Origin: Candidatus Amesbacteria bacterium GW2011_GWB1_47_19
Lineage (GTDB): Bacteria; Patescibacteriota; Microgenomatia; CAZETR01; Amesbacteraceae
DNA length: 64,000 bases
Assembly: GCA_001002325.1 (NCBI GenBank)
Contig: LCNZ01000002.1
Location: forward strand, 7,093-71,092
Direction: 5' to 3'
A program made the position numbers and the translations under genes. Positions 1 through 8,991 of this stretch are shown here, one piece after another; positions within the stretch are counted from its first letter, which is position 1; the number at the start of each line of letters is the position of its first letter. Below the pieces are notes generated by a model. That model made no database searches. It was not told the origin of the DNA and saw only the letters and a list, made by a program, of their open reading frames with translations.

Positions 1-423
1 ACCGATCATTCCCGCCACAGTCAACGCTTCAGGCAGATGAAACTGGGACAAATACCACAGCCATGGGTTGGTTGTGGCTATCCATACCGGCCACCAACTC
101 CTTACGGCTTCGCCTCGGCTCAATCGGTATATTCCCCATACCAAACCAACCTGAATCAGCCAACCCAGGATCCTCAGCTGCATCTCTCCGGTACCAAACG
201 ATTTAAACCAGACCGCCTCCACAGCCAGCGGTACCACAAATAAGCGGTAGCCGTTATCCCGGAGTACCATTTCCAGAGACGGACTGTCGGTTTTTCCCAA
301 TGAGTACGCTGCGTAGCCAAATTCGGCCTGTTCGACGCTCATCCCGATAGGATTCTTCAAGGCCAAAGCCAGATTCAGAAGTAGTATCAGGGCAACCCCG
401 GTTATTTCAATTTTTTTCTTCAT
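1..423 (-). CDS. N-terminal 141 aa of a membrane protein that runs off the 5' edge; divergent PMT_2/GT39-like paralog
   Basis: Reverse-complement of 1-423 is an open frame starting ATG at 423 (MKKKIEITGVALILLLNLALALKNPIGMSVEQAEFGYAAYSLGKT...), not in the supplied ORF track because it is edge-truncated. It has a TM helix then ..P.G....EQAEFGYAAYSL, matching the P.G...DEAALGYNAYSL loop-1 motif of the four downstream paralogs but with DE changed to EQ. Confidence 0.5.
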   Translation of the reverse strand, partial: MKKKIEITGVALILLLNLALALKNPIGMSVEQAEFGYAAYSLGKTDSPSLEMVLRDNGYRLFVVPLAVEAVWFKSFGTGEMQLRILGWLIQVGLVWGIYRLSRGEAVRSWWPVWIATTNPWLWYLSQFHLPEALTVAGMIG

Positions 424-449
424 GCTCCTGAATATAATATAATGAATTT

Positions 450-2051
450 GTGAAAACCGCGGTTTTGACGGGAATATTGCTCCTGGGACTGATTTTACGG
501 ACCGTTTGGTTGGATAAATATCCTCCGGGGCTGACTCCGGACGAGGCGGCATTTGGTTACAATGCCTACTCCGTCCTCCAAACCGGCAGTGACGAATGGG
601 GTACCCCCTGGTATAGGTTGGCTTTTACCAACCTCAGGTCCTTTGGTGATTATAAACTGCCTATGTATGTTTTTTTGGCCTTGTTCCCGGTCAAGATATT
701 CGGATTAAGCGAATTTGCCGTTCGATTGCCGAATGCTTTGATCGGTACCTTAGCCGTTGCCGCTGTCTATCTTCTGGGGAGTAAACTCTTTTCTGCAAAA
801 ACCGCCCTCTGGGCAGCATTTTTATTAGCTGTCTCCCCCTGGCATATCCAGCTGTCCCGTGGTGCCTTCGAAGCCAATCTGGTCACTTTTTTTCTCCCGC
901 TGGGGATATATCTGTTTCTGACCGGATCCGCTGTCTGGTCGGCGCTGGTACTGGGCCTTAATTTTTATTCATATCATTCTGCCCGGCTGCTGACCCCTTT
1001 GATTGTGATAATTCTTTTGATGTTTAAACTACCGGGGAAAATTAATCGCTTAATTTTCATAGCCGCCCTTTTTATCGTGACCGTCCCCGGCCTTGTGTCA
1101 ATGACTTCCGGAAGCATAGCCCGCGTTTCCGATATTGGCATAACCGGCCCTACCGATAATTGGCGATCTGTTGCCGACAGACGTTTTACCGCCCGCCAAT
1201 CCGGCCTACCGGATGGACTGGCCCGGCTGATATCCAACAAAGTCCAAACAGTGACTTCGCTTTATATACATAATTATCTGACGTATTTTTCTGGACAATT
1301 CCTGTTTACATCCGGTGCGAGTGAAGGGACTTATGGCATGCTACCGGGTAGGGGAGTACTTTATATAATTGAATTACCATTGTTGCTATATTTCCTGGTA
1401 CTACTTATTCGCAAACCGTCCCCGCAAATGTATTTGCTACTGTTGCTGCTTCTTATCTCCCCTATACCCGCCGCTCTGACAAAGGGACCGGGTTATGCCG
1501 CCAACCGGGCAGTTGTAATGCTTCCGTTTTTAATTCTCGCCATCTCATTCGGACTAACTCACCTTATAAAAAACAAACTCCTTACACTAATTACAATAAC
1601 TGTTTACTCCCTTTGTCTTCTCTTTTTCCTGGCTAATTATCTCTATCTCTCTCCCTCTCAAATTGCCCCGGCCATGCTTTATGGACGCCGGGAGGCACTG
1701 ACGAGAGTCGCCTCAATATCAGGTGGATTGGAGGAAGTACGAATCAGCCGATCCTTGTCAGAACCGCACATTTATCTGGCATTTTTCTCTCGTTTCTCGC
1801 CGGCGGAATATCAAATGTATTCTCGGAACTGGCCGGACCCGACGACTTTGGGTCTGAAATTTCTGGATCAGGTGGACGGGTACTCTTTAGATAAATATCG
1901 TTTCGGGAACCTGAATTTTGAGGCTCCGGTAGACCATTCGGTTCTTTATGTCGGCTTACCTTCAGACTTTCCCCCGGACTACCCCGGACTTTTCCGTATT
2001 GATTATCCGGACGGTCGCCCGGCGGTGACCGTAGCCGCAAAAAATCCATGA
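450..2051 (+). CDS. PMT_2/ArnT-like GT-C membrane glycosyltransferase (GT39/GT83 type), paralog 1
   Basis: GTG start. N-terminal TM, then LDKYPPGLTPDEAAFGYNAYSVLQTGSDEWG...FGDYKLP...GLSEFAVRLP, the diagnostic DE loop of protein-O-mannosyltransferase/ArnT family; about 11 predicted TM segments; C-terminal soluble domain. Confidence 0.8.
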   Translation: MKTAVLTGILLLGLILRTVWLDKYPPGLTPDEAAFGYNAYSVLQTGSDEWGTPWYRLAFTNLRSFGDYKLPMYVFLALFPVKIFGLSEFAVRLPNALIGTLAVAAVYLLGSKLFSAKTALWAAFLLAVSPWHIQLSRGAFEANLVTFFLPLGIYLFLTGSAVWSALVLGLNFYSYHSARLLTPLIVIILLMFKLPGKINRLIFIAALFIVTVPGLVSMTSGSIARVSDIGITGPTDNWRSVADRRFTARQSGLPDGLARLISNKVQTVTSLYIHNYLTYFSGQFLFTSGASEGTYGMLPGRGVLYIIELPLLLYFLVLLIRKPSPQMYLLLLLLLISPIPAALTKGPGYAANRAVVMLPFLILAISFGLTHLIKNKLLTLITITVYSLCLLFFLANYLYLSPSQIAPAMLYGRREALTRVASISGGLEEVRISRSLSEPHIYLAFFSRFSPAEYQMYSRNWPDPTTLGLKFLDQVDGYSLDKYRFGNLNFEAPVDHSVLYVGLPSDFPPDYPGLFRIDYPDGRPAVTVAAKNP

Positions 2052-3688
2052 AATATTTTCTCTTAATCTTACTACTTTGTCTCCCTGCGTTCGTGCAGAT
2101 GCTGAGGTTTGGTTTATATACTACCCACGACTTTCATTTCTTCCGTCAGTACGAATTTGATAAGTGTATATCCGATCATGTTTTCCCCTGCCGCTGGTCA
2201 GCGAATGCCGGTATGGGTTACGGAGAGCCGGTTTTCAATTTTTACGGCCAACTGCCTTATGTTTTCGGCCAGATATTCAAATATTTAGGTTTTTCAGTGA
2301 TTGATTCGGTAAAAACGGTTTTCATTCTCTCGCTGGTTCTTTCTTCTGTATTCATGTATCTGCTGTCCCGGCGGTTCTGGGGTCATTTGGGGGGTCTGAT
2401 ATCGGCTTTATTTTATGTTTTTGCTCCCTACCGGGCAATAGATGTCTGGGTTCGCGGTGCTCTGCCGGAAAGTCTGGCATTTGTGTTTTTCCCCCTCATC
2501 CTTCTGTCTCTGGAAAAGTATTTACATCGTCCCCGCCTATTACCGCTTTTAGAGTTCTCGTTATCCTGGGCGGGTTTAGTACTGGTCCACAATCTGTCCG
2601 CCTTTATGTTTTTTCCTTTTGTGATTATCTGGTGGCTATGGCGATCCCGGCAGTCGCGGGGTATCATGTCGGGAATTCCGCTTCTGGCCGCCTTCATCTT
2701 TTCGCTCTTTCTTTCGGCTTTTTACCTGCTCCCGGTCATATTTGAAAGCCGCTTAACGACTGTCAACGACACCACCCGGATTTATTACGAGTACGGTTTG
2801 CACTTTACTTCTTTAAAACAGTTGTTCGTTTCCCGTTTCTGGGGCTATGGCGGGTCAGTTTGGGGACTGAATGATACTATGAGCTTTTCCGCCGGCCACC
2901 TTCACTGGATACTTGCAGTCATTATCGGTTTATATTTGCTCATGAAACGTCAAATCAAATCACCATTAACTAATAACTATTTACTGTTCACCGGTCTCGG
3001 TATCTTCGCCCTTTTTTTAACTCACGGCAAATCCGATTTCATCTGGCGCCTGGTTCCTTATATCCGTTTCGTCCAGTTTCCCTGGCGATTTTTAACCATC
3101 ACTGCCCTTTTCCTCGCCCTTGCCAGCGGGAGTATCGCCCGCATCCTTCCCAATAAATTTATCCCCTATATACTACTACTGTTACTGTTGACCAATTTTA
3201 TGTTCTTCCGTCCGGATATCTGGCGTCCGATTTCTGATTCAGTCCAATTTTCCGGTGTTTTGTGGGACGAGCAGCGAGCCTCATCTCTCCAGGATTACTG
3301 GCCGAAATCGGCTCCGCTGAAGCCTCGGGAATTTGCCCCCTCTCTGCCGGAGTTCACAACGGGGCAGGGTCAGGTGGCAGTATTTCATAAATCTTCCCAC
3401 TCAGCTCAGGCGCAGATTACCGTTTCTTCCCCCCGGGCGGAAGTCCTTTTTCCCATTGTCTATTTTCCGGGATGGACAGCCCAAATTTCCGGCCGCAGGT
3501 TTCGGGTCATACCCTCGGGAGATTTAGGCAGGATTACCGTTCTTTTACCTGCCGGTAGTTACCTGGTACAGCTGAGGTTTACCGATACCCCCGTTCGGCG
3601 TATCGGCAATTTAGTAAGTCTGGTCTCCGGAATATTATTGCTGTCCGCCTTGCTGATTATCAAAAAACCGTCTTATGCAAAAAGTTAA
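2048..3688 (+). CDS. Polytopic membrane protein with C-terminal beta-rich extracytoplasmic domain (GT-C-like; YfhO/PTPS-related-like, family uncertain)
   Basis: ATGA overlap with the upstream gene. Many hydrophobic helices; N-terminal loop YTTHDFHFFRQYEF...AGMGYGEPVFNFYGQLPY; C-terminal about 120 aa hydrophilic domain followed by a final TM. No WWDYG OST motif. Confidence 0.55.
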   Translation: MKYFLLILLLCLPAFVQMLRFGLYTTHDFHFFRQYEFDKCISDHVFPCRWSANAGMGYGEPVFNFYGQLPYVFGQIFKYLGFSVIDSVKTVFILSLVLSSVFMYLLSRRFWGHLGGLISALFYVFAPYRAIDVWVRGALPESLAFVFFPLILLSLEKYLHRPRLLPLLEFSLSWAGLVLVHNLSAFMFFPFVIIWWLWRSRQSRGIMSGIPLLAAFIFSLFLSAFYLLPVIFESRLTTVNDTTRIYYEYGLHFTSLKQLFVSRFWGYGGSVWGLNDTMSFSAGHLHWILAVIIGLYLLMKRQIKSPLTNNYLLFTGLGIFALFLTHGKSDFIWRLVPYIRFVQFPWRFLTITALFLALASGSIARILPNKFIPYILLLLLLTNFMFFRPDIWRPISDSVQFSGVLWDEQRASSLQDYWPKSAPLKPREFAPSLPEFTTGQGQVAVFHKSSHSAQAQITVSSPRAEVLFPIVYFPGWTAQISGRRFRVIPSGDLGRITVLLPAGSYLVQLRFTDTPVRRIGNLVSLVSGILLLSALLIIKKPSYAKS

Positions 3689-5279
3689 AAATTGGCCATA
3701 TCTGCTTCTGTTATTGGTCATTTCCGGTCTTTTTTTACGCCTGGTCAGGCTTCCGGATTTCCCGCCCGGTCTTAATTGGGACGAAGCCAGTCTGGGATAT
3801 TCCGCCTATTCACTGTTAAAAACCGGTCATGACGAATGGGGATCTGCATCCCCTTTAATTTTTCGCGCTTTCGGGGATTACAAACTCCCCAGCTACATCT
3901 ACCTGGATGTTGTCCCCGTCGCATTTTTGGGATTAAATCCGTCGGGAGTGAGATTGCCGTCGGTTCTGGCAGGTACCTGCTTGATTCTCATGTCTTTCCT
4001 GTTGGCTCGGCAAATTTTTAAAGACGATCGGATAGCCTTGCTGACGGCACTGCTGGTGGCCATCGAACCGTGGTCGCTGTTTCTTTCCCGGGTGGGCCTT
4101 GAAGCCAATCTGGCAGCATTTCTTATTTGTGCCGGGATTGTTTTTCTGTTGCGGCACAAAATCACACCTGGCCTGTTGTTTTTGGGTTTATCTGTCTGGA
4201 CATACAACAGCGCCCGTCTCTTCACCCCTCTGTTTCTGTTGGCATACTGGGTCATCCGCCGTCCCAAACTATCAACGGTAAACTATTTACTATTAACTGT
4301 ATTTTTCGTACCCATGCTTCTTCAGCTTTTTTCCCCGTCCGGCCAAGCCCGGTACAAATGGGTGTCCTTAATCGACCAGGGGGCAATCAACCGCATCAAT
4401 GAACTTCGTCTGAATTCGGATTTGCCCGAGACCCTTTCCCGAATTTTCTTTAATAAAGTATCCTATTCACTATTCACTTTTACTGTTAATTACCTAAAAC
4501 ATTTCTCCCCGGATTTTCTCTTTTTTTCCGGCGGTAGCAACTACCAGTTTAATATCCCCGGATATGGGTTACTTTCGTTAATAAACCTCCCCTTCTTTTA
4601 TCTGGGCCTCCTGCACTTACCCGGATTTCACGATCGTAAAAATCGCGTCATTTTTCCCCTCTTAGCCTGGCTATTCCTGGCTCCCATTCCCGCCAGTTTG
4701 ACTCGGGACGCTCCTCATACCCTGCGGGCTATTACCCTGCTGCCTTTACCAATGCTTATATCGGCTTTCGGTGCAGTTAAGATTTGGGATAGATTAAAAA
4801 CTCATTTGCCGAATTATTTTCCCATTGTCTGGCTTGTCTGTTTAATCCTAAGTCTGGAATACTACACGACTACTGTCACTCCGGCTTACCGTACTGCTTA
4901 TTCCTGGTCCTGGCAATACGGCTATCGGGACATTGTTGCATATGTCAGAAACCATTATTCCGAATACGACCGGGTCATAGTTAGCAAAAGATATGGAGAA
5001 CCGCATATCTTTTTCCTGTTTTATTGGCCCTGGGACCCGGTTGCCTACCGGACAGATCCTGATCTGATCCGATATTTTAAGAGCGATTGGTATTGGGTGG
5101 ATAGTTTTGCCAAATTCAGGTTCGTCAACGATTGGGATTTGGTGGAATACGTAAGTCAGCCCCATCCAGGTCAAAAGTATTTAACCGTTTCCTCGCCGGA
5201 CAACGCCGCCCCCGGTACACCCCTCGGTCAAATTAATTTCCTCGACGGTCAGCCGGCTTTCATAATTAAAGAAAACTGA
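3675..5279 (+). CDS. PMT_2/ArnT-like GT-C glycosyltransferase, paralog 2
   Basis: LPDFPPGLNWDEASLGYSAYSLLKTGHDEWG...FGDYKLP motif; same architecture as 450-2051; overlaps the upstream gene by 14 bp. Confidence 0.8.
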   Translation: MQKVKNWPYLLLLLVISGLFLRLVRLPDFPPGLNWDEASLGYSAYSLLKTGHDEWGSASPLIFRAFGDYKLPSYIYLDVVPVAFLGLNPSGVRLPSVLAGTCLILMSFLLARQIFKDDRIALLTALLVAIEPWSLFLSRVGLEANLAAFLICAGIVFLLRHKITPGLLFLGLSVWTYNSARLFTPLFLLAYWVIRRPKLSTVNYLLLTVFFVPMLLQLFSPSGQARYKWVSLIDQGAINRINELRLNSDLPETLSRIFFNKVSYSLFTFTVNYLKHFSPDFLFFSGGSNYQFNIPGYGLLSLINLPFFYLGLLHLPGFHDRKNRVIFPLLAWLFLAPIPASLTRDAPHTLRAITLLPLPMLISAFGAVKIWDRLKTHLPNYFPIVWLVCLILSLEYYTTTVTPAYRTAYSWSWQYGYRDIVAYVRNHYSEYDRVIVSKRYGEPHIFFLFYWPWDPVAYRTDPDLIRYFKSDWYWVDSFAKFRFVNDWDLVEYVSQPHPGQKYLTVSSPDNAAPGTPLGQINFLDGQPAFIIKEN

Positions 5280-5280
5280 A

Positions 5281-6918
5281 ATGGGTAGAAAAATATTATT
5301 AATTTCGGTTCTTATTCTTGGACTTGGCCTCAGGCTGATTCGGCTGGATAACCGTCCGGCAGGATTCACTTGGGACGAAGCGGCCTTGGGTTACAACGCT
5401 TATTCGCTTTTATTCACCGGCAAGGACGAACACGCGGCATTAATGCCCCTGGTTTTTAAATCCTTCGGTGATTACAAACCCGGTTTATATATTTATTTCT
5501 CAGTTCCCGCGGTAGCCATCTTTGGCCTTAACGAATTTGCCACCCGTCTGCCCTCCGCTATCTTCGGCACCCTGCTTGTCCTCGTTGTTTATTTGATAAG
5601 TAAAGAATTAGAAAGTTTATTGAAAATTGAAAATTGTAAATTGAAAATTGCACCAGCAGCAGCCTTGCTGATGGCGGTAAACCCCTGGGCTATCCACTTC
5701 TCCCGCGGGGCCTGGGAAGCCAACCTTGCGCTGTTTCTTACCACTTTGGGTGTCACGTTTTTTATCCGGGGAATCAAAAATAATTCTCATTTCCCCTATC
5801 TCATTTCTGCTTTCTTCCTCGGTCTGACACTCTGGTCCTACCAGGGGGCCAAACTTTTCACTCCGCTGCTACTTTTATCCCTGATCGTCGTTTACCGGCC
5901 TGTTATTAGTATAAAAAAAATGCTCTTACCATTGGGACTATTTCTTGTATTACTATTTCCGATTCTGGCAGGATTCGGAAACCAATCCGGCCGACTCAAA
6001 GTCTTCAGCGTATTTTCCTATACCCGCACCCGGGAATATGTATCCCAAATACTTACCCAGGATCAAACAACCCGTCCCGGGTGGGCTTATTACCTGTATC
6101 ACACTGAACTGCTGGATCAGTTACGCGGCATCGCCCAAAGATATCTTAACCATCTGTCACCCCGATTTTTGTTCGTGGACGGCGACTGGTCTTCGCTTCG
6201 CCACTCCACTCCCTACCAGGGATATCTTTTTTACCCCCAACTATTAATTCTTTTGATGGGTTTATACCTGCTGATAAAAAACTTTTCCCATCCATTGTCA
6301 AAGTTTGTCATCATATGGTTGTTTTTGGCACCGGTCCCGGCCGCCCTTTCCCGGGATATTGTTTCCGGCGTCAGATCTCTGCCTTTGATCATTCCCTTAA
6401 CAATCATTTCCGGCATCGGCTTAGCCAAAATTTCCCGTTATTCAACTCTGTTACTCTGTTTCTCTGTAACTCTGTTACTTTTCTTTATCTATTTCCTGGA
6501 TCTCTATTTCATCCATTCGCCTCAGTTTACCGCCCGGGACTGGCTATACCCTTATCGCCCTGCATTTTCGCTCATCAGGCCCTATCTCTCATCATACCGC
6601 CGCATTTATTTCACCGATCAACTCGGCCAGCCCTATATTTTCTATCTTTTTTACAACCAGGTATCCCCCGCATACTACCAGTCCCAAAATGCCTTCATCC
6701 CCAATCCCTCAGGAGACGTCGGTCGGGTCGACCGGGTTGATAATCTGGTATTTGCCCCGGTTTACTGGCCTTCTTTGCGTTACGAAAGTTCTGCGTTGTT
6801 CATCGGAGGCCAGTATGAATTACCTGAATCAGACCTAAACCAGCCCGGCCTGGAGCGGATTGCCGAGATTACTTACCCCAACGGAGATCCGGCACTCAGG
6901 ATTGTCGGTATACCATGA
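5281..6918 (+). CDS. PMT_2/ArnT-like GT-C glycosyltransferase, paralog 3
   Basis: LDNRPAGFTWDEAALGYNAYSLLFTGKDEH...FGDYKP motif; carries an in-frame AT-rich heptamer repeat insert (ESLLKIENCKLKIA) in the loop after TM3. Confidence 0.8.
   Translation: MGRKILLISVLILGLGLRLIRLDNRPAGFTWDEAALGYNAYSLLFTGKDEHAALMPLVFKSFGDYKPGLYIYFSVPAVAIFGLNEFATRLPSAIFGTLLVLVVYLISKELESLLKIENCKLKIAPAAALLMAVNPWAIHFSRGAWEANLALFLTTLGVTFFIRGIKNNSHFPYLISAFFLGLTLWSYQGAKLFTPLLLLSLIVVYRPVISIKKMLLPLGLFLVLLFPILAGFGNQSGRLKVFSVFSYTRTREYVSQILTQDQTTRPGWAYYLYHTELLDQLRGIAQRYLNHLSPRFLFVDGDWSSLRHSTPYQGYLFYPQLLILLMGLYLLIKNFSHPLSKFVIIWLFLAPVPAALSRDIVSGVRSLPLIIPLTIISGIGLAKISRYSTLLLCFSVTLLLFFIYFLDLYFIHSPQFTARDWLYPYRPAFSLIRPYLSSYRRIYFTDQLGQPYIFYLFYNQVSPAYYQSQNAFIPNPSGDVGRVDRVDNLVFAPVYWPSLRYESSALFIGGQYELPESDLNQPGLERIAEITYPNGDPALRIVGIP
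5620..5650. repeat. In-frame AT-rich heptamer tandem repeat (TTGAAAA/GAAAATT, about 4.4 copies) inside PMT_2 paralog 3
   Basis: ttgaaaattgaaaattgtaaattgaaaattg read directly; encodes LKIENCKLKI, which is absent from paralogs 1 and 2. Confidence 0.8.
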
Positions 6919-8570
6919 AACGATACTTGCTTATCCTGATTTTGTTATTGGCTGCTGTTTTACGTCTGACAGCCTTGTCCCGCTATCCGGTCGGATTCAA
7001 TGCCGACGAAGCCGCCTTGGGATACAACGCCTATTCTCTATTAACCACCGGTAGGGATGAGCATGGCCACCTCTGGCCAATAAACCTCGAATCGTTTGGT
7101 GATTTCAAACCTGCCCTCTATGCGTATCTTTTAATCCCGTTCATCAAAGTATTCGGTTTGAGTGAATTTGCCGTCCGTCTCCCATCCGCCCTGGCCGGGA
7201 TATTTTCAGTTTGGCTGATATATCTGTTAACTAAGGAGTTATTTACCTCTCCCTCGTCTCCCCCTCCTGAATCAGGAGGGGGATGGGGGGTGGTACAGAA
7301 GATACCGGTTATTGCAGCATTTATGCTGGCGATATCGCCGTGGCATCTTCATTTTTCCCGGGGAGCCTGGGAAGTCAACCTGGCCACCACCTTCATTTTG
7401 TCCGGAGTTTATTTTTTTATTCTATATCAGAAAAATCACAAATTTTTGAATTTTGAATTTTGTGTTTTGAGTTTTGCTCTGTCCATGTACACCTACCAGT
7501 CTACCCGCATTATTGCTCCGCTCTTGGGTCTGGGCTTGGCTTTGATGTATTTCAAATCTCTGATCCGGTATCCCAAACAGTTGCTTCTGGCTTTTCTCAC
7601 CCTGGTTTTTATACTTTCCCCCTTAATGCTGTCTATTATCCGTTCTGATGCTTCCTCCCGCTTATCCGGCGTCGGCCTTCTGGCAGATGACGGGCCCGTG
7701 AACCGCGTAAACCAGCTACGCGGTCAGCATTCAGCCTTAAATTCACTTTTATCCCGTGAGCTGCACAACCGTCCCGTTATCTACACTATTCAATTTATGA
7801 AAAATTATCTAGACCATTTCAACGGGGATTTTCTGTTTATAACCGGCGACCTGATACCCCGTAATCGTATTCCGGAAACAGGACTTCTGTATCTGACCGA
7901 TTTTCTACTTCTGGTTTTGGGAGTTTTTTATCTCTTCCGCCGGTCCAGACCACACACCCGCATCATTTGGTTGTGGCTGGCTGTCGCCCCGGTGGCTTCC
8001 GCTCTGACTTTTCAGACCCCCCACGCTCTCCGGGCCCAAAATCTGGTCATCCCGCTAACTATAATTTCCACCGCTGGAATTTATTTCATAATTTCTAAAG
8101 CACGTTACTCAAAAGCCCTGTTACTCTTACTATTTACTATTTACACATTTCAATTCACCCGTTACCTCCACCAGTATTATATCCACTATCCCCAAACTTA
8201 TCCTTATGCCTGGGAATACGGTTTTAAAGAACTTGTAAGCTATGTGGAATCGGTTAAGGACGGGTATGATCAGATCCTGGTTACCGACAAATACGATCAG
8301 CCCTACATCCTTTTTCTGTGGTATTCCCGTTACCCTCCAGCCAGATTTCAGGGTACACATCAACTGACTATTCGTGATAAGTTTAACTTTTCCACCGTCA
8401 GGGCTTATGACAAATACAAATTTACGGATACTTCCTGGGACAAAGTTCGGGATATCCACGGCACCCTTATCGTTGCCGCTCCGGATGACATTCCGGAAGT
8501 CGGGGTGCATGTGGTAAAAACTATTTATTTCCCCGGCGGTTCACCAGCATTTAAAATTGTTTCAAATTAA
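6915..8570 (+). CDS. PMT_2/ArnT-like GT-C glycosyltransferase, paralog 4
   Basis: LSRYPVGFNADEAALGYNAYSLLTTGRDEHG...FGDFKP motif; ATGA overlap with the upstream gene; in-frame insert SPSSPPPESGGGWGVV at the same loop as paralog 3. Confidence 0.8.
   Translation: MKRYLLILILLLAAVLRLTALSRYPVGFNADEAALGYNAYSLLTTGRDEHGHLWPINLESFGDFKPALYAYLLIPFIKVFGLSEFAVRLPSALAGIFSVWLIYLLTKELFTSPSSPPPESGGGWGVVQKIPVIAAFMLAISPWHLHFSRGAWEVNLATTFILSGVYFFILYQKNHKFLNFEFCVLSFALSMYTYQSTRIIAPLLGLGLALMYFKSLIRYPKQLLLAFLTLVFILSPLMLSIIRSDASSRLSGVGLLADDGPVNRVNQLRGQHSALNSLLSRELHNRPVIYTIQFMKNYLDHFNGDFLFITGDLIPRNRIPETGLLYLTDFLLLVLGVFYLFRRSRPHTRIIWLWLAVAPVASALTFQTPHALRAQNLVIPLTIISTAGIYFIISKARYSKALLLLLFTIYTFQFTRYLHQYYIHYPQTYPYAWEYGFKELVSYVESVKDGYDQILVTDKYDQPYILFLWYSRYPPARFQGTHQLTIRDKFNFSTVRAYDKYKFTDTSWDKVRDIHGTLIVAAPDDIPEVGVHVVKTIYFPGGSPAFKIVSN
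7259..7283. repeat. Perfect 10-bp GC-rich hairpin (tccccctcct GAATC aggaggggga) inside the paralog-4-specific insert
   Basis: Inverted repeat read directly; lies in the codons for PPPESGGG, a segment absent from paralogs 1 and 2. Confidence 0.8.
7443..7476. repeat. In-frame heptamer tandem repeat (TTTTGAA-like, about 4.5 copies) inside PMT_2 paralog 4
   Basis: tttttgaattttgaattttgtgttttgagttttg read directly. Confidence 0.8.
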
Positions 8571-8571
8571 T

Positions 8572-8991
8572 ATGAATCTAGTTGAATTAGCCAAAGTGAT
8601 ATTTACTGGCGATAAAGGGACTATAATTATTCAGGATCGTACAGGACATAGCAAGATAGGGGAAAAATTGGGATTCTTTGGTGGTGGTATTAAACAGGAT
8701 GAAACTCCGGAACAGGCACTCCGTCGCGAATTACTCGAAGAATTAAGATATTCCCCTGAAATATTAAATTTCTTCATTAAGCAAAATACTATCTGCAAAA
8801 TTACCGGGAAATTTTACGGTTGGAAAGTCATTGAGCATATATTTTTATCTCCCATAACTCCAGAACTATTGGGATCACCATGTCTTGAAGGAGGAGGTAT
8901 TAAAGAATTATTACTTGCAGATGCACTCAAACTTCCGGATTTTTGGGAAGGGGACCATAAAATCTTAGAAATTTTGTATGAAAAAGATTAA
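8572..8991 (+). CDS. Nudix hydrolase (possibly NDP-sugar hydrolase)
   Basis: Nudix box G-x5-E-x7-REuxEEx: GGGIKQDETPEQALRRELLEELRY. The track ORF starts at a TTG at 8557; the in-frame ATG at 8572 (MNLVELAK) is preferred. Confidence 0.7.
   Translation: MNLVELAKVIFTGDKGTIIIQDRTGHSKIGEKLGFFGGGIKQDETPEQALRRELLEELRYSPEILNFFIKQNTICKITGKFYGWKVIEHIFLSPITPELLGSPCLEGGGIKELLLADALKLPDFWEGDHKILEILYEKD

Noticed and set aside
37-243. 68-aa plus-strand ORF from the track
   Set aside because: Lies entirely within, and antisense to, the better-supported 141-codon minus-strand frame (PMT_2-like motif); proline/glutamine-rich low-complexity translation; judged a shadow ORF.
7275-7286. AGGAGG followed by ATG inside PMT_2 paralog 4 as an internal RBS/start
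   Set aside because: The ATG (7283-7285) is out of frame with the host gene and opens no long ORF; the AGGAGG is simply the 3' arm of the hairpin.
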